DNA from: an uncultured delta proteobacterium
GTDB taxonomy: Bacteria; Desulfobacterota; Desulfobacteria; Desulfobacterales; UBA2156
Assembly (NCBI GenBank): GCA_963736855.1
Contig: CAVTQK010000020.1
Span: 32,001 to 96,000 of the forward strand
Length of the DNA: 64,000 nt
Direction of reading: 5' to 3'
This document shows positions 60,589-64,000 of the stretch, one piece after another. The stretch's first letter is position 1. Every line of letters begins with the position of its first letter. The notes beneath the pieces are model-generated. The model saw only the letters and a list, made by a program, of their open reading frames with translations, did no database searches and was not told the origin of the DNA. The translations under genes and the position numbers were made by a program.

Positions 60589-60892
60589 CTTCGATTTCCT
60601 TTCCTGGCCTCCCCCGGTTCATATTTGAAATCCGGAAGAAAAGGATCCGGCTCCAATATCCCTACGACCGGATCCTGGGGCCGGTCCCCGTGCTTTATCG
60701 GTCTCCATCGACTTTGTTTTTCAAACAAATCCAGCCGTTACGATACGGCGCCGGATATCTCTCGGTCGAATCGAAAAGTAATAAAGATGATCAAAGAGCC
60801 GCCTGTTGTCAACAGAAAAAATATCAATATGCCTCTTGAGTTATGACGACCGGTTTGATTTTAAATTGTCCCTGGTGTTTAGATGTGAATTT

Positions 60893-63028
60893 CTACCGTC
60901 TCTTTTCCAGTGCGCCCAACACGTCGTGGGCGGATTCCACAATGGGGGTCCCTGGGCCGAAAATCCCCACCACCACATTCGACGTGCTATACAAAAAGTC
61001 GTAGTCATCGGGCGGAATCACCCCCCCCACAACCACCAGGATCTCATGGCCCCCTTCCTTTTCCAAGGCCTCCACCAGCTTGGGTACCAGGACCTTATGG
61101 GCAGCGGTCAGGGAAGAGACGCCTACCACGTGTACGTCGTTTTCCACCGCCATCTTGGCCGCCTCTTCCGGAGTCTGGAACATGGGGGCCAAGTCCACAT
61201 CAAAACCCAAGTCCGCAAAAGCGGTTGCAATCACCTTGATTCCCCGATCGTGTCCGTCCTGGCCAAGCTTGGTGAGTAGAATTCGGGGACGGCGTCCTTC
61301 CTTTTCTGAAAAGGCCTCTGTGCGTTTGCGCACCGATTCGATCTTTTCAACATCTCCGTACTCGGAAGCGTAAACGCCGGAAATGCAACGCGTCGTTGCT
61401 TTATAACGACCAAATACCTTCTCCATGGCATCCGATATCTCCCCCACCGTGGCCCGAAGCCGGACCGCGGAAATGCATGTCTCCAGGAGGTTCCCGTTTC
61501 CTGCCGCGCAATGGGTGATGGTCTCCAGCGCCTTTTTTATGGCGACATTGTCCCGGGATGCCCGGATTCTATTTAAACTCTCGATCTGCTCGTCCCTGAC
61601 CGTCGAAGAAACTTCCAGCACATCCACCTTCGCTTTGTCTTCGATCCGGTATTTGTTCACGCCCACGATGGCGTCTTTGCCTTGATCGATCCGAGCCTGC
61701 CGCCTGGCTGCCACTTCTTCGATTCGAAGCTTCGGCATCCCGGTTTCAATGGCCTTGGCCATCCCTCCGAGGGCTTCCACCTCTTCGATGACTTTACGCG
61801 CCTCCCGGATAACATCACCGGTTAAGGCTTCAACATAGTACGAACCGCCCAAAGGATCCACCACATGGCAGATATGGGACTCTTCCTGAATGACGAGCTG
61901 GGTGTTCCGCGCGATCCTGGCCGAAAAATCGGTCGGGAGACTCACCGCTTCATCAAAGGAATTGGTGTGCAGGGATTGGGTACCGCCGAGTACTGCCGCC
62001 AGGGCCTCGAGAGTGGTCCGGATGATATTATTATAAGGATCCTGCTCGGTAAGACTCCACCCCGAAGTCTGGACATGAGTCCTGAGCATCGTGGACCGAG
62101 GATCTTTGGGCTCGAACCGACTGACGACTTCGTGCCAAAGGAACCGGGCCGCCCGGAGCATGGCGATCTCCATGAAAAAGTTCATCCCGACTCCGAAGAA
62201 AAAGGAAAGGCGCGGGGCGAACGTGTCGATGTGCAGTCCCGCCCTCAGGGCCGCCCGAACGTATTCCAGGCCATCGGCGATGGTAAAGGCGCACTGAAGA
62301 ACCGAATCCGCCCCAGCCTCCATCATGTGATACCCGCTGATGCTCACCGTGTTGAACTTGGGCATGTTTTTGGAACAATAGGCGATGATGTCCGACACGA
62401 TCCGCATGGATGGTTCGGGAGGGTAGATATACGTGTTTCGGGTCAGGTATTCTTTCAGGATATCGTTTTGTATGGTCCCGGTCAGCTGCTCCGATCGGAC
62501 ACCCTGCTCTTCTGCAGCCACGATGTACCCTGCCATGATGGGAAGCACCGCACCGTTCATGGTCATGGAGACGCTCATCTGGTCCAGGGGAATCTGATCG
62601 AACAAAATTTTCATATCCTCCACCGAGTCGATGGCCACGCCGGCTTTCCCGACATCCCCGATGACGCGGGGATTATCGGAGTCATAACCCCGGTGTGTAG
62701 GCAGATCAAAAGCAACCGAAAGCCCTTTTTGACCCGCATCCAGATTGCGGCGGTAAAAAGCGTTGGACTCGCGCGCCGTGGAAAAGCCGGCATACTGCCG
62801 GATGGTCCATGGCCGACCGGCATACATGGTTGCCATGGGTCCCCGAACATAGGGGGGAAATCCAGGCAGGGTATTGACATGAGAAAGATCTTCAATAGCA
62901 TCATCCGTATATAGCGTCTTGATGGTGATCCCTTCCGGGGATTCCCGATACAATGTCTCGACAGGCTTTCCATTCATCTGCTTTTTGGCCAGTTCTTTCC
63001 ATTTTTCGAACTTCGGATCTTCGGGCAT
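60893..63028 (-). CDS. scpA: Methylmalonyl-CoA mutase (catalytic and B12-binding domains in one chain)
   Basis: [39 protein letters not shown]. Confidence 0.95.
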   Translation of the reverse strand: MPEDPKFEKWKELAKKQMNGKPVETLYRESPEGITIKTLYTDDAIEDLSHVNTLPGFPPYVRGPMATMYAGRPWTIRQYAGFSTARESNAFYRRNLDAGQKGLSVAFDLPTHRGYDSDNPRVIGDVGKAGVAIDSVEDMKILFDQIPLDQMSVSMTMNGAVLPIMAGYIVAAEEQGVRSEQLTGTIQNDILKEYLTRNTYIYPPEPSMRIVSDIIAYCSKNMPKFNTVSISGYHMMEAGADSVLQCAFTIADGLEYVRAALRAGLHIDTFAPRLSFFFGVGMNFFMEIAMLRAARFLWHEVVSRFEPKDPRSTMLRTHVQTSGWSLTEQDPYNNIIRTTLEALAAVLGGTQSLHTNSFDEAVSLPTDFSARIARNTQLVIQEESHICHVVDPLGGSYYVEALTGDVIREARKVIEEVEALGGMAKAIETGMPKLRIEEVAARRQARIDQGKDAIVGVNKYRIEDKAKVDVLEVSSTVRDEQIESLNRIRASRDNVAIKKALETITHCAAGNGNLLETCISAVRLRATVGEISDAMEKVFGRYKATTRCISGVYASEYGDVEKIESVRKRTEAFSEKEGRRPRILLTKLGQDGHDRGIKVIATAFADLGFDVDLAPMFQTPEEAAKMAVENDVHVVGVSSLTAAHKVLVPKLVEALEKEGGHEILVVVGGVIPPDDYDFLYSTSNVVVGIFGPGTPIVESAHDVLGALEKRR

Positions 63029-63216
63029 GGTGGACTCCTTTATTTTTGCATCGTTAACGTCCTATTCTCAGTCCTGATTTAATTCTTGAACCCTTCCCGG
63101 GGCTGCCTTGAGTGCCGGTTCCTGTTTCCGACAACAGGCCGCTGCCTTTTTATCACTCAATGAGACCCCTTTTACGGGATCCGTCGGGTAAAACCTTCGG
63201 TCATCTGGAAGGAGTT

Positions 63217-63501
63217 TCAGTGCTGATAGGCGCGATACTCGGTTTTTGATCCGATGAGCTTATCGATCTTGTTTTGTATCGAAAGCCTTTCCGAACTGTT
63301 GGCCCATCTTTCCCATTCTGCAAGAGACCGCCAGGTGCTGATGACCAAGTATTCATCCTGTTTATCCAGGCTTTTTAAAGTCTCACCATTGATATAGCCC
63401 GGCTGCCTGGAGGCAATGGAATGCAGCTTTTCGAGAAAGGGCATAATTTCTTGAACCTTGTCTTCCGGCACCATCCTATGGATCATGATTTTTACTGCCA
63501 T
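63217..63501 (-). CDS. Antibiotic biosynthesis monooxygenase (ABM)-like protein
   Basis: MAVKIMI, QPGYINGETL, YLVISTW...W..W..S.ER. Confidence 0.8.
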   Translation of the reverse strand: MAVKIMIHRMVPEDKVQEIMPFLEKLHSIASRQPGYINGETLKSLDKQDEYLVISTWRSLAEWERWANSSERLSIQNKIDKLIGSKTEYRAYQH

Positions 63502-63572
63502 TTTCCCCTCCTCCGGTATTGCGAAACGATTCGCCACTGACCCCGGTCCGGGCGAAACTTTTTTCGTTGCGG

Positions 63573-64000
63573 CTATTGCTCCTCCGAGACCAGGTAGGCC
63601 TTGAAAAACTCCCTATTGAGTCTTCCGATGTTGGAAATTGAGATTTCTTTGGGGCATTCAATCTGACATTCGGTAATATTGGAACAGTTTCCAAATCCGA
63701 GTTGATCCATTTTCTCAACCATCCGCATGGCGCGACGAGCCGCCTCGGGCTTGCCCTGGGGGAGCAGCGCCAGATGGGAAACTTTAGCGGCCGTAAAAAG
63801 CATGGCCGATCCATTGGGACAGGCGGCCACACAAGCCCCGCAACCGATGCATGCGGCCGCATCCATCGCCCTGTCGGCCGCATCCTGCGGAACCGGGACG
63901 CTGTTGGCTTCGGGTGCCGATCCGGTGTTGACGGAGATGTACCCCCCCGCGACGATGATTTGATCCAGCGATCCCCGATCCACCACCAGGTCTTTGATTA
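63573..64000 (-). CDS. sdhB: Succinate dehydrogenase/fumarate reductase iron-sulfur subunit (C-terminal part; start outside window)
   Basis: [36 protein letters not shown]. Confidence 0.92.
   Translation of the reverse strand, partial: IKDLVVDRGSLDQIIVAGGYISVNTGSAPEANSVPVPQDAADRAMDAAACIGCGACVAACPNGSAMLFTAAKVSHLALLPQGKPEAARRAMRMVEKMDQLGFGNCSNITECQIECPKEISISNIGRLNREFFKAYLVSEEQ

Noticed and set aside
63029..63216. Cobalamin riboswitch upstream of methylmalonyl-CoA mutase
   Set aside because: Small hairpins are present but I could not find the B12-box or the conserved GCCACTG element
1..64000. tRNA, rRNA, CRISPR array, transposase, integrase, prophage or selenocysteine read-through
   Set aside because: None recognised by eye; the broken ORFs are explained by frameshifts rather than in-frame UGA. 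tRNAscan-SE and Infernal would be needed to exclude small RNAs

Overview
Chromosomal window from a sulfate-reducing Desulfobacterota bacterium (deltaproteobacterium; taxonomy inferred from gene content). In order it carries: a type IV pilus assembly operon pilMNOPQ plus an Ig-like lipoprotein and a convergent PilF/Tgl-like TPR lipoprotein; housekeeping genes (thrC, serS, 5-FTHF cyclo-ligase, K+ channel, pcm, yqaA, nrdJ, LysR, coaD, rsmD, ntrX/ntrY, lpxC, comM, AOR, gpmI, rsfS, nadD, proA, proB, obgE, rpmA, rplU, MOSC, fdhD); the dsrT-MKJOP membrane complex; and a methylmalonyl-CoA pathway cluster (sdhB, mutase, carboxyltransferase, biotin/5S subunit, sucCD) running into hypAB. The most unusual part is a partly AT-rich block at 42950-52462. 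There a sigma54 activator and a soluble hybrid kinase face an operon of an LpxL-family acyltransferase, a soluble V4R-like/GAF sensor kinase, an enolase-superfamily enzyme with non-canonical catalytic residues and a divergent TtcA-like PP-loop enzyme. The hybrid kinase and the operon each have a sigma54 promoter preceded by the same 18-bp motif. I propose, as a hypothesis only, that this is a signal-synthesis-and-sensing (autoinduction-like) circuit. Three near-identical 153-bp MITEs with target-site duplications are present. One has inserted into the 3' end of proB and broken an ATGA proB-proA coupling that can be reconstructed from the sequence. Single-base indels cluster in the pil operon and in the V4R kinase and may be assembly errors. 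I found no tRNA, rRNA, CRISPR array or transposase.
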